A DNA stretch of 59,874 nucleotides from positions 1-59,874 of the IMG/VR virus record IMGVR_UViG_3300004202_000003, one strand, 5' to 3'. Position numbers and translations under genes: made by a program. Below are positions 46,001-54,225 of this stretch, one piece after another (position 1 is the stretch's first letter; each line of letters begins with the position of its first letter). The notes under the pieces were generated by a model. It ran no database searches. It saw only the letters and a program-made list of their open reading frames with translations, and had not been told where the DNA came from. This DNA is from a virus (taxonomy: Duplodnaviria; Caudoviricetes).

Positions 46001-48721
46001 TGAAATGGCTTGCTCATTGATCTTCTCCTGAATGTCGGCGGTCGCGCCGCGCAGGTAGTTCAGATGCGTCTCGTCTTGGTACTTCGATGCCAAGTCTTCC
46101 AGGAAGTTCTCGGCAGCGTCTTCGCCAATTGCCGCATGCAGCGCGTCGACGGTTTCATTGTAGGCCGGCAGTAGCTCTTCTTCAAGGCGCGTTTCCTCGT
46201 CGAGCACGTTCTGGGCCTCGATGCGCAGCACGTCGGCGGCGATGTCCTCCAGCTTGCGCGCCACGGTCTTGACGCCCAGGCGCTGCGCCTTCTCCTTGAG
46301 CTTGGCGGTTTCCTCGGCCTGCATGCCCTTTTCCATGGCCGCCGTGCTCAGGATCTTCTCGCCACCCAGCGCCCGCGTAATCAAGTCCTCGAGCTCGCGC
46401 GCCGGGCCGATGTCGGAATCCTGCCGGATCTGATGAAAGCCGTCCTCGTCGAACAGGTAGCTAGCCAGCGCCGACAGATCGGTGGTGCCGGTCTTGGTGA
46501 AGAGGCCCGGCATGTAGCGGCCGGCGGGATCTCCGCCGACGTCCTGCATGATCTCGCGGCTGATGCCGCCACGATTCACGATGGCCTGCAGCAGGCTGCT
46601 GGCGGTCTTCGGTGTGCGCGACGCCGTGCGGATTTCCTTGGGCTCGGTGTAGGCAATCGGCTTCTTGGTCTTGCCGCTCTTGATCCAGTCCTTGAATTCG
46701 CCAATTGCCATCGGCGTGATTGCGCCCATGCCCTGCCAGCCCTGCTCGTAGTTGGCGTGGTAGATCGCCTGCGCGTCGGCCTCGGAGTCGGCGCCGAGAA
46801 CAATCTTGTGCTCATCGAATTTGCCGGTTTTCGGGTCGATCTGGTCGACGACATAGGCCGTGCGCGCGGTCTGGGCGCCTGGCTTGATAAAGACATCCAG
46901 ATGGTCTTTGTCCTTGCCGATCGTGCCCTTAATGTAGCCGTAGTGGTGCTGCATCTGGTTCTGCCATTCGCGCCCAGCGGAGTCCTTGCCGGCACGCACA
47001 GAGCCCGCGGGATTCTCGATGCTGATGTCCATGCCCTGAAACCGGACGTGACCCTTGGCGTAGTTGCCGGCGGCCTTTTGCGCCTCGGTCGGCTGCGGCG
47101 TGGCATTGAGGGGTGACGTCGCCGCGGCGTGCGCCTGAACGTCGAGCGGCGTTACTGCATCCGTGCCGGCTGCTCCCAGAGCCATACCCGGCTCGCCGCC
47201 GGGTGCAGCGACTTCGGCAGCAGTATCTGGGGTAAATGACACTGCACCGTCACTGAAGCCGCCCACAACTCGGCTTCCTGCAATGTCAGCACCTTGTCCT
47301 TGATCGCCCGGCGCAGGTATTTCGGCAACTTCGTTTCCAGCGACTTGGCCATTGGTCTGCCCCTGCCAGTGGTTGAACAGCATCGTCGCCATGGTCTGAT
47401 CGACGCGCATCAGGCGCTGCAGCAGTTCCGGCGACGCTCGCGGTGAATGCTTCAGCAGGCCGATCGCGGTCGATACCTGGCGCTCGCTGGGCCCGCCGTC
47501 TTCCGGCGCCGGGAGAGCGGGACGCGGCAGCATTGCCTGCCCGGCGGGAAGCTCCGGCTGCGCTTGGGTATAGGTAGCGCCATTGCGCTGATTCGTCAGT
47601 TCCGGCGACGGGCCGGCGGGAATGAACTCGCCCTCGACGCCTCCACCGCCCGGGCCCGCCCCGATGTCGCCAGCTGGAATCGCATTGTCAGGTTGGTCGC
47701 CGCCCGCCTTGCCCATGAGGCGATCTTTCGCCATCTGCCCAGCCTTGAAGCCGCCCGCCATCAGCGTGGTCTGCAACATCGTCGGGCCGGCGACCTCCTT
47801 GAAGGAGTCGCGCCAATCGGTAGGCGACGTGAATTCGCGTCTGGGCGCCTTGGTCATGCCGGCGTCGACCTCAGCGTTGTGCTGCCCCATCTGGGTGGCG
47901 GTCTCCGTCGCCAGTTCCTCGCCGTAGAGCGCGCCGAGCTTGCCGGCGAAGCGCGTCGCGATGTTCTTGCCGAACAGCTTGCCGATCGCGCCCTTGACCG
48001 GCGCCGTCAGGATCCCGAACGACAGCGCATTACCGGCCGCCTCCGGTACGGCTTCCCATAGGCCATAGGCCTTGATCGTGTCGGCGAGTTGCGCCTGCTT
48101 GGCCTGAAACTCCTGCGGGCTGATGGGCTTCCCGGTTGTCTTGAGGCTTTCCGCGTTCACCGTGTCGTGCAGGTCGCGCACGAACTGGTTGGTCGCCATG
48201 CGGTAGGCGGCGGTGCCAGAGGCTGCCATACCCGCAGCGTAGCCAGCAACAGGCGAGGCCACCATGCCGGCCGGAATACCGGCACCCAGACCGGCCGCAG
48301 CACCCGCTGCAGAAAAGCCGGCGCTCGGGCCCAGCGAGTTGATGTCCTGCGCGGTGATGCCCGGGATTGCGGTCTTGGTGTTGGCGTCGCCTGGCTTCGA
48401 TACCTCCTGCGCGCGCTGGCGAGCGCGATTGATCAGCGCATCCTTCCAGTCTGACGTCGCATAGGGATCGTCGCCCTCGACCGCGGCCGCCACCGCTGCC
48501 GGCGTGTGATAGACCACGGCATCCCAGACATTGCGGCCAAGTGAGGACAGGGTATCACCTACCCCCATGCTGGCCGGCGCCGCCTGTTCCGGTGCCTGGT
48601 CGGGCTCGAACGAGACGAGCTTGAAGTTCTGCGCCGACGCGTCGGGGAAGTTGGCGCGGACCGGATCCGCCTTGAAATCGGAGTCGACGGCGAGCGGTAT
48701 CCGCTCAAGACCTTGAGCCAT
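37034..48721 (-). CDS. Giant polyvalent virion/ejected protein (pyrophosphatase-like, adenine MTase, ART-like x2-3, zincin, LPD38-like C-terminus)
   Basis: 3895 aa; GNYAKGH..IENP..DHLDVF..FDEHK; DFFPTP..LEPSAG.G..MNPPF; two FKRWFG..YHGT modules; HEAVGH. Confidence 0.88.
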   Translation of the reverse strand: MAQGLERIPLAVDSDFKADPVRANFPDASAQNFKLVSFEPDQAPEQAAPASMGVGDTLSSLGRNVWDAVVYHTPAAVAAAVEGDDPYATSDWKDALINRARQRAQEVSKPGDANTKTAIPGITAQDINSLGPSAGFSAAGAAAGLGAGIPAGMVASPVAGYAAGMAASGTAAYRMATNQFVRDLHDTVNAESLKTTGKPISPQEFQAKQAQLADTIKAYGLWEAVPEAAGNALSFGILTAPVKGAIGKLFGKNIATRFAGKLGALYGEELATETATQMGQHNAEVDAGMTKAPRREFTSPTDWRDSFKEVAGPTMLQTTLMAGGFKAGQMAKDRLMGKAGGDQPDNAIPAGDIGAGPGGGGVEGEFIPAGPSPELTNQRNGATYTQAQPELPAGQAMLPRPALPAPEDGGPSERQVSTAIGLLKHSPRASPELLQRLMRVDQTMATMLFNHWQGQTNGQVAGNEVAEIPAPGDQGQGADIAGSRVVGGFSDGAVSFTPDTAAEVAAPGGEPGMALGAAGTDAVTPLDVQAHAAATSPLNATPQPTEAQKAAGNYAKGHVRFQGMDISIENPAGSVRAGKDSAGREWQNQMQHHYGYIKGTIGKDKDHLDVFIKPGAQTARTAYVVDQIDPKTGKFDEHKIVLGADSEADAQAIYHANYEQGWQGMGAITPMAIGEFKDWIKSGKTKKPIAYTEPKEIRTASRTPKTASSLLQAIVNRGGISREIMQDVGGDPAGRYMPGLFTKTGTTDLSALASYLFDEDGFHQIRQDSDIGPARELEDLITRALGGEKILSTAAMEKGMQAEETAKLKEKAQRLGVKTVARKLEDIAADVLRIEAQNVLDEETRLEEELLPAYNETVDALHAAIGEDAAENFLEDLASKYQDETHLNYLRGATADIQEKINEQAISATEKPAEAAGRAAAEGDGTGVAPGGDRASGEEARPALTLSSQSEAELAARDRAAQAAEAQRLKDEQAAEDKRQADAERGSFQLTGSDRPADVLAAQGQGGLFDAPAPVVDKYAEIDKGFAENREAMKSLKVGDRVSYIARGTYTQADGTKLIDPVRTGKITKVQDKEQGIFEIDGNISHGARFLTKIDDQDKQPPAVDDGFADTPRIRQLRQKAAEIEVGLPPVADGMTRLWRGNRPGEVGKNPQFTNSLIGIALPFSEGYGGPISFVDVSTADLPKYVQTGVVADGAEFLLPANIASKAIAVGDDGVATIQGGAAADARKVGDVVKLTKPGVNGRVNIAGTVTKILPDGRLEVRTQQDGYMIVAESELGHKQKVGAGETASRDQGLHYASGVADFKAGKPRELPSYFTTATGKNPRDWYRGWDEAKAAAQPDASIAGKPVSEMSDGMLNQIAKSSQPAAEKAKAEVAKRKKPKADPLAAVREFYTPGNIIHVDYWNQYDKVLEFKEGDLPGQWNVKVQQVKKDGDQWVPKDDRMEPPSWHATAPGKDKIVDHVAMPTEQDRDSFTLERLNGDAMEPVTFERGEYVRYTLSGKDQFGDIDGISHARREFSVDGLWYPFGFAYKAERPAPAKPKDTVPLSSVVEAANKKHGEGLTDADRVPAQDQARRENPNIKTTLAEHDATVDRLRDGTATLAEYKAAFQRLQNSTEELTAEFAAMKKDDILKHMGGMAASRYKSDTKAQVVAMAVRDLMDDFSIGRGISYTMGGRDAYANAVRAQVERTTDADLAEYAEHVRSMRAAQTERVAQMTAAMKDPKTLDDFEMYLRAKMAEGDMTLGAARMTMTPEQRVAFDELAAEKSRAERKARGDQQRTDIRVAATTTDGQVIETKHTKTGEPLFVVKAAERVERDVYNHWNATAKKLGGWYSSYRAAGAVPGFQFKTRENADAFLAFIGGNAEQAKEAVQTRRDAFEDDRSQTAVERLTEMADRLEERADESLNLDRKENTDRRARMAANAEAAANSDKALAKTMRNIAQAIESGKTKFLDRVRQKAQVEMLRGFLHTAKANELRAKFPNYGDQEKHRSAPPTAETADYVDFPRYTAFRSDLATMGRQMLDIDGAKKVGAALLKVADDVSNAYLAFAKEHLHQVSTFKKKDSAPAIFASKDDAETAIKRSGFKGKAVVLPFKRGQNIIIMSPSAAQEAGIWKGDDDKRITLSPDFGEEVVAKVKEFSSHRISMPYLFENVRAERARLKAIGIETPAELRAALREFMDLRAAPPEVDKIKQMERAMIGRKNDGLDFFPTPASVADELVQAADVKEGMSVLEPSAGWGHIAERIRAAGVDPDVVEMAVDRRELLEAKGFRLVGSDFMDMNPRGFTYGDVFRDKDGVEGIMSGSGGMGSNRVGFIPLGKDARQSEWRDRDELTGVRKSGYNSGYDRIIMNPPFSDRRDAEHVQHAYTLLKPGGRLVAIMGEGVFFGQDKKAQAFRNWLDEVGGTSEKLEDGTFLDPSLPVNTGVNARMVVVDKPEGGMESRATTKSTKAVDTESAEFKRWFGKSAVVDADGKPLRAYHGTKADFSKFSSAKFSDEAMFFFSDSSEHAEIYAGEDAEDGGQVMPVFLSMKNPYYIDSMAWNLGDVPSEAALRKLGHDGLVIENQEGGTTYAVFKPTQIKSATSNTGAFSATNPNILESRGNPTNPVTTESTHAIQSVVDKFRKQFAGAAALNIRVVRTVADIPARFRPSPFAEGVFHDDAGLIYLITMNLKHANGQINTGRAWQVLMHEAVGHFGLAQMMGDRFKGVLKEVMRAARAKGAVEEDIYAPGHPDYATVEAVRLRYPEASDEEVAQEVLARMAETDPGRTLFGYVRAVVRQWLRDMARAAGVAIDVTTAELHDLLAQASAYMRRGDNLGAETMPSGTVAASRSAVAPASAFGAVDTASAAFKRWFGGSKITRADGKPLVLYHGTGKDFTVFRSGKQDGGIFLSPSPSFAGSFAATSPEKIADAQPNVLPVYVRAERVFDYENRQDIIRFDQAMRANGMLPEKASLLAQDVATGNWDILEEDPRVRAYLKAQGFDGVWIKELGIKNLMVRDPVQIKSATSNTGRFDPENPSILESRRAAGAQPQEPRTGILDTILRKAGGELAAKITGPAYDKLMAFLGGKMPEGIKAGLVSDYGLNESYVDRRTGMQTAQQKAARQTKTFVEGLMTLDRAQSRVAYQWLNNRGAEADRLMAQLPPESQQVLKDIKIQIAKLTIEAVRLGQLDAETAERNFLAYLHRSYAKYDLNTDDKTWKAERAKAIKILGDQYKGRGLKMDVDPDRIHSAPGWWQDEMKGKRVQVLKNEAGRFAFVAEGTAIPPNLSGYKVEGVWEIRARKAADRITLWRDFTQDERTMMGELDEAKYAVARTLFMMNRDIEVGRFHEWVADEYAKTPEEAEDEGLQMADASDSMMRAFTPDEWVTVPTAKIPGTNVFKFGALAGMVVPGPIWNDVRQISAGRFEPFGAAYASILRAWKLSKTALTPTTHVNNIMGNFVMADMHDVGARDAIAAVRLMVAAANGDMDAKALLDRYEDSGATQGMFTTHELRKEVLEPLLQQLREEVGMADDEAAILKVSAIMSLALHGQFGEAWAGAKAAAKQSTAGRVTGAVVTKAQDYYQAEDSVFRLAAFLKSIDEGKTDQEAGKLARKAFLDYHINAPWINAMRGTAMPFIAFAYRAIPMLTETAARKPWKIAKYMLVAGGLNALAYAMLGADGDEDKERAYLPDEKAGRLWGIVPKLVRMPWNRESKLRDGRTTSDPVFLDVRRWIPVGDVVDYGQDKTALPMIPQPLMPGGPLIIAAEFLVNKSAFTGKDLTKETDTWVEKAAKVGGHFYKSFAPNVPIPYSGTWAGTKIDNAVKGKEDPLGRAYPVPEAIASGFGLKLERYPVDTLQRNAVLDMKGKLKELGDEQRQAARDYGRQGMTKRELDEKVAEIVGKKNAAVEEYKGKERKAMGRPTP

Positions 48722-48773
48722 GGGTCAGTCCTTCGGAATGGGTTTGTGATGGCCCGCCAGAACAGCAGGACCA

Positions 48774-48811
48774 GAAACGCAAAACCCGCCACGAGGGGCG
48801 GGTTCTTTTCT
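48774..48811. terminator. Hairpin, possible bidirectional terminator upstream of the giant gene
   Basis: AACCCGCC-ACGAGG-GGCGGGTT with A/T runs on both sides. Confidence 0.55.
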
Positions 48812-48841
48812 TTGGGCGCAACGGCCCGCCGCTACTTTACC

Positions 48842-50488
48842 TCAAGCCGGAACCACAATTCCAGCCCGGCGCGCTTCGTCTTCCAGTGCCCGGCGCTCGG
48901 GGCTGCCGTCTTTCGGGTAAGTCTCGAGCTCGCGCTGCAGGATGGCCCGGCGTTCGCCGTCGCGCGCCGCCTGCTGGTCGGCCGAAACTCGCGGGAAATC
49001 CGGGGGCGTCGTCGAGGCGCGCGGCGCGTTGACCTTCTGCATGCCGCCGCTGATCTTCCCGGTGACTTGCCGCGTGCCGATGCCTGTCGTCGTCACTGCC
49101 GGCGCGGCAGGCTGCCCGGGTTGCGGTGTCGCCTGTCCAGCATCGCCGCCGAGAATGAAGGTACGGCCACCGTAGGACACGGCAGGCACGCGCTGCTGCT
49201 TGCCGCCGACTTCGACCACAGCGGTACCGGTCGTGCCCTTGTCGGCGATCTCTGCCAGCTGCGCTGGCGTCAGCCCGGGGTTCTTCATGAACAGCCGCTC
49301 GGCGGTCACTGCCTTGGCGGTGGTCTCCGGTGACCAGTTCCACTTGCCGGATGCCTGATCGAAGTTCCCGCTGCGCTCGAGCAGGATCTTGCGGGCGTCG
49401 TCGAGGACCGGGCCGGCTTCCTTCACATCGAATCCGCGATTGGCGCCAGGCGCATAGGTCTGCCCGGTGCCGGGAATCACCAGCGTCTGATCCTTTCCGA
49501 CGGCAACGGGCTTGTTCAGCGCCTCCTGCGAATCGGCATGGGCCTTGAACAGTATCTCGGCGCGCTTGGCCTCGATCTCGGAAATGCGCTTGGGATCGCG
49601 CAGCGCCAGCAGGTACTCGGCGAGCCGTTCCTTCGGCACGGCGATATCGCGCGTCTGGCCGTCGCCGGTATTGACCGTGAACACATGCGAGCCGTCCTCG
49701 TTGCGCTTGAACTGGTCGATCGTGTTGCCGTCGGCGACATAGCGGTTGTAGGCGTCGACGAAGCCGCTGATGTTGCCTGTCGTGCGATAGACGCGATCGG
49801 CGCGATCATTGGCGCGGGCCAGCAGTGCATCGCGGTTCTGCGTCATCTGGTTGTAGTAGCCGGTCGCGAGATCCGGGCGGTTGAGCTTGATGGCGGCCTC
49901 GTACATGTTCTTGGACATCGCGAACATTTTTTCTTCGTCGCGCATGTCCTTGCTGCCCTTCATGCCGGCGGTCGCTGCCGTGCGGATCTGACTCGTCGCC
50001 CCCTCTTCCTCGCGCCCCTTGGCCAGCCCCTGCACCGCCGCCGCCTTGTCGGGCATGCCGAAACGGGTATAGACATCGGCCTGATTGCGGAAGCGCTGGG
50101 CATCGACCTGCTCCGGCGAGAAAGGCGTGTCCTGTTCCCGGTTGCCCATCTTGTGCCGTGTCGTGGTCTTGGCGGCGAAGCTGGGACGCACACCCTCCGG
50201 TGCCTCACTGGCGCCGTCGGCCGGCGTGTTGAGTTGCGCCCGGGCCTGCTCGGTCGGTTGCCCGCCCTCCATGTACTTCGGCAGGTACTGACCAGTGTCC
50301 TGGTCATAGACCATGCCGTCGGCGCCGGGCGTCGTATCGGTAAGCTCGGTACCGGATACCGTCTCCGGTTTCACGTCGGCGGCCTTGGCCAGTCCGTAGT
50401 TCATCATGCCGCCCTTGATGTCGCTGCCGGCGCGCGACAGCAGTTCGTAGGTCGCCAGATCGTTGCGCGTCATACGCAGTCCGCCCAT
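48842..50488 (-). CDS. Putative internal virion (DNA ejection) protein
   Basis: 548 aa, helical, between S74-domain gene and giant gene; GGAGG RBS. Confidence 0.65.
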   Translation of the reverse strand: MGGLRMTRNDLATYELLSRAGSDIKGGMMNYGLAKAADVKPETVSGTELTDTTPGADGMVYDQDTGQYLPKYMEGGQPTEQARAQLNTPADGASEAPEGVRPSFAAKTTTRHKMGNREQDTPFSPEQVDAQRFRNQADVYTRFGMPDKAAAVQGLAKGREEEGATSQIRTAATAGMKGSKDMRDEEKMFAMSKNMYEAAIKLNRPDLATGYYNQMTQNRDALLARANDRADRVYRTTGNISGFVDAYNRYVADGNTIDQFKRNEDGSHVFTVNTGDGQTRDIAVPKERLAEYLLALRDPKRISEIEAKRAEILFKAHADSQEALNKPVAVGKDQTLVIPGTGQTYAPGANRGFDVKEAGPVLDDARKILLERSGNFDQASGKWNWSPETTAKAVTAERLFMKNPGLTPAQLAEIADKGTTGTAVVEVGGKQQRVPAVSYGGRTFILGGDAGQATPQPGQPAAPAVTTTGIGTRQVTGKISGGMQKVNAPRASTTPPDFPRVSADQQAARDGERRAILQRELETYPKDGSPERRALEDEARRAGIVVPA

Positions 50489-50490
50489 GA

Positions 50491-51609
50491 TTAAACCTCC
50501 ACCATTTCAAGGCCCAGCATTCCATAGTTGACTGAGGCGAAGCCCAGATCATCCCTGCTCACGGCGTCCGGCATGATCGGCTCGACCTCATCGGCCATGA
50601 CGCCGCGCAGGCGCTTGCCGTCGCCGATGTAGTTGAACTCGTAAAGATTCAGTCCGGTGCGTTCGTCCTTGCCGACAAGCGCGATGTTCTCCTTCAGGCG
50701 GCGATCGGACGATCCCCACAGTCCTGCGCTGGCGCCACCACTGTAAATGTCCATGCCCATCTTCGCCATGCCGAGCACGGTTCCAAGTCCGCTGTTGTCG
50801 TTGGCGACCGCAGTGTTGTAGTTGTTGGACTGCATGCCGGCAACCGTGCCAAGCCCGCTTTGCAGCAGCGAGCGCCCCTGTCCGGTGATGTTCGCCGCCG
50901 ACGTCATGCCGTTGATCAGTTGCGTTCCCGGTGCCATGGTGTTGCTCACGGCCGAGGTTCCGGCGCCAGTCGCAACCGAGTAGGCGCCGGTCGAAGCGCC
51001 AGGGAGTCCGCGGCCGAGTCCAGCGGCATCCATCCGGCGTGCCCAGCCGATGCTGCGCTGCTTGTCGCGGGCGCCGGTAGCCGCGCCGGCGACGGCCGAG
51101 GCGTTGGCTGTGCCCATGCCGCCGATCAGCGTCGCGATCTTCTTCGGCGCGAAGCCGTACCGCATGCCCTGGCGCATCAGCATGTTGGCCTGCTGCGTCT
51201 GGCCGCGGCGCGTATCGGCGACGGCGGTCCCGGCAGCCTCTTCTATCCTGGCGTCGGAGCCCTCCTTGACGGCATCGGCCACCATGCCTTGCTCAAGCGG
51301 CCGGAAGGTGCTGGTGTTGTAGTCGTAGTAGTCCTTACCCTGCCGCGCCGTCTCGTCCATGATGCGCTGCTGGGCCTCGGCGACCGGCTTTGCCACGGCC
51401 ATGTTCTGATCGTACTGGCGCTTGGATTCTTCGAGAACGCGATCACCCTGGTCCGCCATGATTTGCGCGGATTCTCTGGACGCAGCTGCCATGGGGGTGT
51501 AGTCGGGTGCCGCTGGCGCATCGCCGCCAAATATGTCGCGCTTGACCAGTCGAATATCGAGTAGTGGCGGCGCACAGTCGGCCTGCATCCAGAATTTGCG
51601 GTTACTCAT
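50491..51609 (-). CDS. Virion protein with C-terminal peptidase S74 (intramolecular chaperone)-like domain
   Basis: Ala/Gly-rich pilot-like body; SDRRLKENI...LYEFNY...GVMADEV...VNY. Confidence 0.8.
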   Translation of the reverse strand: MSNRKFWMQADCAPPLLDIRLVKRDIFGGDAPAAPDYTPMAAASRESAQIMADQGDRVLEESKRQYDQNMAVAKPVAEAQQRIMDETARQGKDYYDYNTSTFRPLEQGMVADAVKEGSDARIEEAAGTAVADTRRGQTQQANMLMRQGMRYGFAPKKIATLIGGMGTANASAVAGAATGARDKQRSIGWARRMDAAGLGRGLPGASTGAYSVATGAGTSAVSNTMAPGTQLINGMTSAANITGQGRSLLQSGLGTVAGMQSNNYNTAVANDNSGLGTVLGMAKMGMDIYSGGASAGLWGSSDRRLKENIALVGKDERTGLNLYEFNYIGDGKRLRGVMADEVEPIMPDAVSRDDLGFASVNYGMLGLEMVEV

Positions 51610-51946
51610 GATCGTCCCTTTCCCTCGCTAACCAAATGTGCGTTTCAGTCTGGCCGTACTGCTTGAAGCCAAGGGCTTGCGCCACTCGCAGCGCCCGCCC
51701 GTTGTCATGTGTCACCGGCGTAAACAGCGTGCCGTGGCGAGCCTGCCAGCGGGCGATGATCGTCCTGCACTCCTTCAGTACGCCACGCCCGCCCAAGCCT
51801 TGCGGAAAGGCCGCCAGATGCACCACGCTTCCGGTCCGCGTAGCCACGCCGCGGGACAGTTTCACGAACTCATCGGCTCTCGACAGGCTCGCGACTACCT
51901 TGTCCAGCGGGACTCCTGATCGCTGGGCGATTTCCGACAGGTCCAT
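51602..51946 (-). CDS. GNAT-like tail-region protein
   Basis: V..DN.RALR....LGF...G motif; position typical of podovirus tail assembly genes. Confidence 0.55.
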   Translation of the reverse strand: MDLSEIAQRSGVPLDKVVASLSRADEFVKLSRGVATRTGSVVHLAAFPQGLGGRGVLKECRTIIARWQARHGTLFTPVTHDNGRALRVAQALGFKQYGQTETHIWLARERDDHE

Positions 51947-51948
51947 TG

Positions 51949-52140
51949 CTACTGCAGGCGTTCGAGGATCTCGTTGATCTTGTTCGCGCAGTCCGCCGCC
52001 GTCGCCGTGTCAGCGTTCAGCGGCTTGATCGCCGCCACGCGCCGGGCCGTGATGATTTCCAGCGACTCCTTGATGGCCCCATCGAAGCGCGCCCGGTTCT
52101 CGCCTGGCTTGGGCGCCGAGGGTATGGCTGGCTTCTTCAT
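51949..52140 (-). CDS. Small tail-region protein
   Basis: 63 aa, KINEILERLQ; ATGA coupling. Confidence 0.65.
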   Translation of the reverse strand: MKKPAIPSAPKPGENRARFDGAIKESLEIITARRVAAIKPLNADTATAADCANKINEILERLQ

Positions 52141-54224
52141 GCCTGCGCCAACTCCTTGGGCGTTTCAGCCAGTCGGATCTCCTTCACAGCGCATTGCGAC
52201 GTGACCTCGACGCTGAAGTGATCTTTCTTGTAGCCGGCCGGCAGCCGGAACACGAGCTCGCTGGTAATGACGCGCGACGCAATGATCTCGTCGCCAGAGT
52301 AGAGCGTGACCGTGACCTGGTTGCTCGCCGGGTTGTCTGGCGGAATCGTGATGGCTGATCCGTTGATGTGGATCTCGCCATAGTCGTCGTCGCCATAGCC
52401 TCCGCCGATTGCATCGGACATGGGAGCGGTCAGTGGTCCGCTTGCCGGCGACGGGAACAGCGCCGCGTTGGCGGCCTCGATCGCTGCAATTGCCGCCGTC
52501 AGCGCCGCGATTGCAGTTGGATTGGCCGCCAGATCAAAGTCGATCTTGCCGGCGCCGATGTTGATGGGCTTCGGAAACACGAATTCCTTGCTGCGCCAGT
52601 TGCCCTGCAGCGGCGTCTTGCTTGCGGAGTCCCACAGCAGAATCCCGGTCGAGTTGGTGATGTAGAGCTCGCCGCTGGATACGTCGGCATAGAGTTCAGT
52701 CACCGGCATCGAGACGCCGATCACTGCCGAACCATCGAATATCAGCATGGCGCCGACACCATCGTCAGCGGTGTAGGCGACGTAGACGCGACCGTTCGCC
52801 GTGGCGAAGATCATCGTTTCAGGGTTCAATGTCTCCCATTCGTCGAGGGTGTACCAGGTATCAGTGAAGATCCTCACGCCGCTGGCGCCAACATAGACAG
52901 CGCCATGCCTCGATGAATACAGCACGCCATCGCCGACGCTGATCACGCTGCGCTTGGAAAGGCAGGGGTACATTCCCTGAACGTCCTCGCCAGACATCGA
53001 TGCCGGATCCACGCCGGTGGCAACGAACGGCATACCAGCTGTCGCCATGACAGCCGTCGTGCCGAATACCGCCAGCCCGACGCCGTTGTAGCCGCTGGCC
53101 AGTTGATAGACCTCCGGCCACGCATGCGGTTGATAGGGCTCGGAGGCGCACAGGAGATTTCCCACGAAGCCCAGCAGTGAGCCCGAAGGATGTACGCAGA
53201 GCCCGGTCAAGCCGACCGGAGGCGGCAGCCATCCATCGGTGATCAGTTCGTCGCCGGCGAGATTGATATCGGTAATCGTGTCGTTGTAGGTTGTCGTCGC
53301 CGCAGCGACGCCGGTTGCATCGAGCAATTCCCATGTACCGCTCGCTCCGGTCGTGCGATAGACGCGCTTGATCATGCCCGACGTATTCCACGGCACCTTG
53401 CGCGTCCATGTGTCTGTCGTGTCGGTGGCGTTGTTGTAGGCACCGGTCGGGTTGCTGGTGACCGTGAAGGTCATGGTCTTCGACGCGGCATTGATCGCCG
53501 TCAGCACCCAGGTTCCGTTGACGTTCGTGACGGTGGTCACGCCGGCGATCGTGACAGATTCGCCGACGCGGTTGTAATGCAGGTTCGTCGTGGTGATCGT
53601 TACCGACTTGCCGGTGTAGGTCAGCGCCGTGATGTCGCCGGAATTCGGCGGCACGACATCGATCGCGGAAAGCGCCCAGGTGTCGTCGACCTTGCCGACT
53701 GTCTCAGCGGAGATCGGCGACGGCGCCGATTCCTCGCCCAGCGCCGAGTAGAAGGTGTAGCAGTAGAAGCGGGTAGCAGCCGACCCGACGCCGCCTGACG
53801 GCGAAACGGTTGGGGCTGTCTGTGGGGCCGGGATGCCGAGGGCGAGTTCATTTGCCGCGAGCGGGTAGTTGTCGGCCCCGCCTGATACCGCGTTGGTGTA
53901 GGTCGCCATCTTCGGCTGGCCGTCACCAGTCCAGCAGAAGCGTGATTCGACATCAGTCGATAGCGGAACACGCACGCAATCGACATCGGTTGGCCAGGAG
54001 AACCACGCCGACGACAGCGTACCGCTACGCGCCTTGAAGATAGACGACGCCGGATTGGTCTTGGGCGATGCCGGCGTATAGGTCAGCGCTGGATTGCGCA
54101 GGGGGCGCAATTCGCCCGACTGCAGCTTGACGTTGGATGCCGACCGCGCAGCCTCATTGGGCAGCAGGCGGCTTCCCATGCGCGGGATCATGCCGCTGAA
54201 TGGGGTGATGCGGATCATCGCCAT
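52137..54224 (-). CDS. Tail nozzle / DNA-stabilisation-like protein
   Basis: FSGMIPR...RLLP, GEESAPSP, SEPYQPHAWP, PCLSKRS, WRSKEF, FRLPAG; start MAMIRIT at 54224. Confidence 0.7.
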   Translation of the reverse strand: MAMIRITPFSGMIPRMGSRLLPNEAARSASNVKLQSGELRPLRNPALTYTPASPKTNPASSIFKARSGTLSSAWFSWPTDVDCVRVPLSTDVESRFCWTGDGQPKMATYTNAVSGGADNYPLAANELALGIPAPQTAPTVSPSGGVGSAATRFYCYTFYSALGEESAPSPISAETVGKVDDTWALSAIDVVPPNSGDITALTYTGKSVTITTTNLHYNRVGESVTIAGVTTVTNVNGTWVLTAINAASKTMTFTVTSNPTGAYNNATDTTDTWTRKVPWNTSGMIKRVYRTTGASGTWELLDATGVAAATTTYNDTITDINLAGDELITDGWLPPPVGLTGLCVHPSGSLLGFVGNLLCASEPYQPHAWPEVYQLASGYNGVGLAVFGTTAVMATAGMPFVATGVDPASMSGEDVQGMYPCLSKRSVISVGDGVLYSSRHGAVYVGASGVRIFTDTWYTLDEWETLNPETMIFATANGRVYVAYTADDGVGAMLIFDGSAVIGVSMPVTELYADVSSGELYITNSTGILLWDSASKTPLQGNWRSKEFVFPKPINIGAGKIDFDLAANPTAIAALTAAIAAIEAANAALFPSPASGPLTAPMSDAIGGGYGDDDYGEIHINGSAITIPPDNPASNQVTVTLYSGDEIIASRVITSELVFRLPAGYKKDHFSVEVTSQCAVKEIRLAETPKELAQA

Positions 54225-54225
54225 G

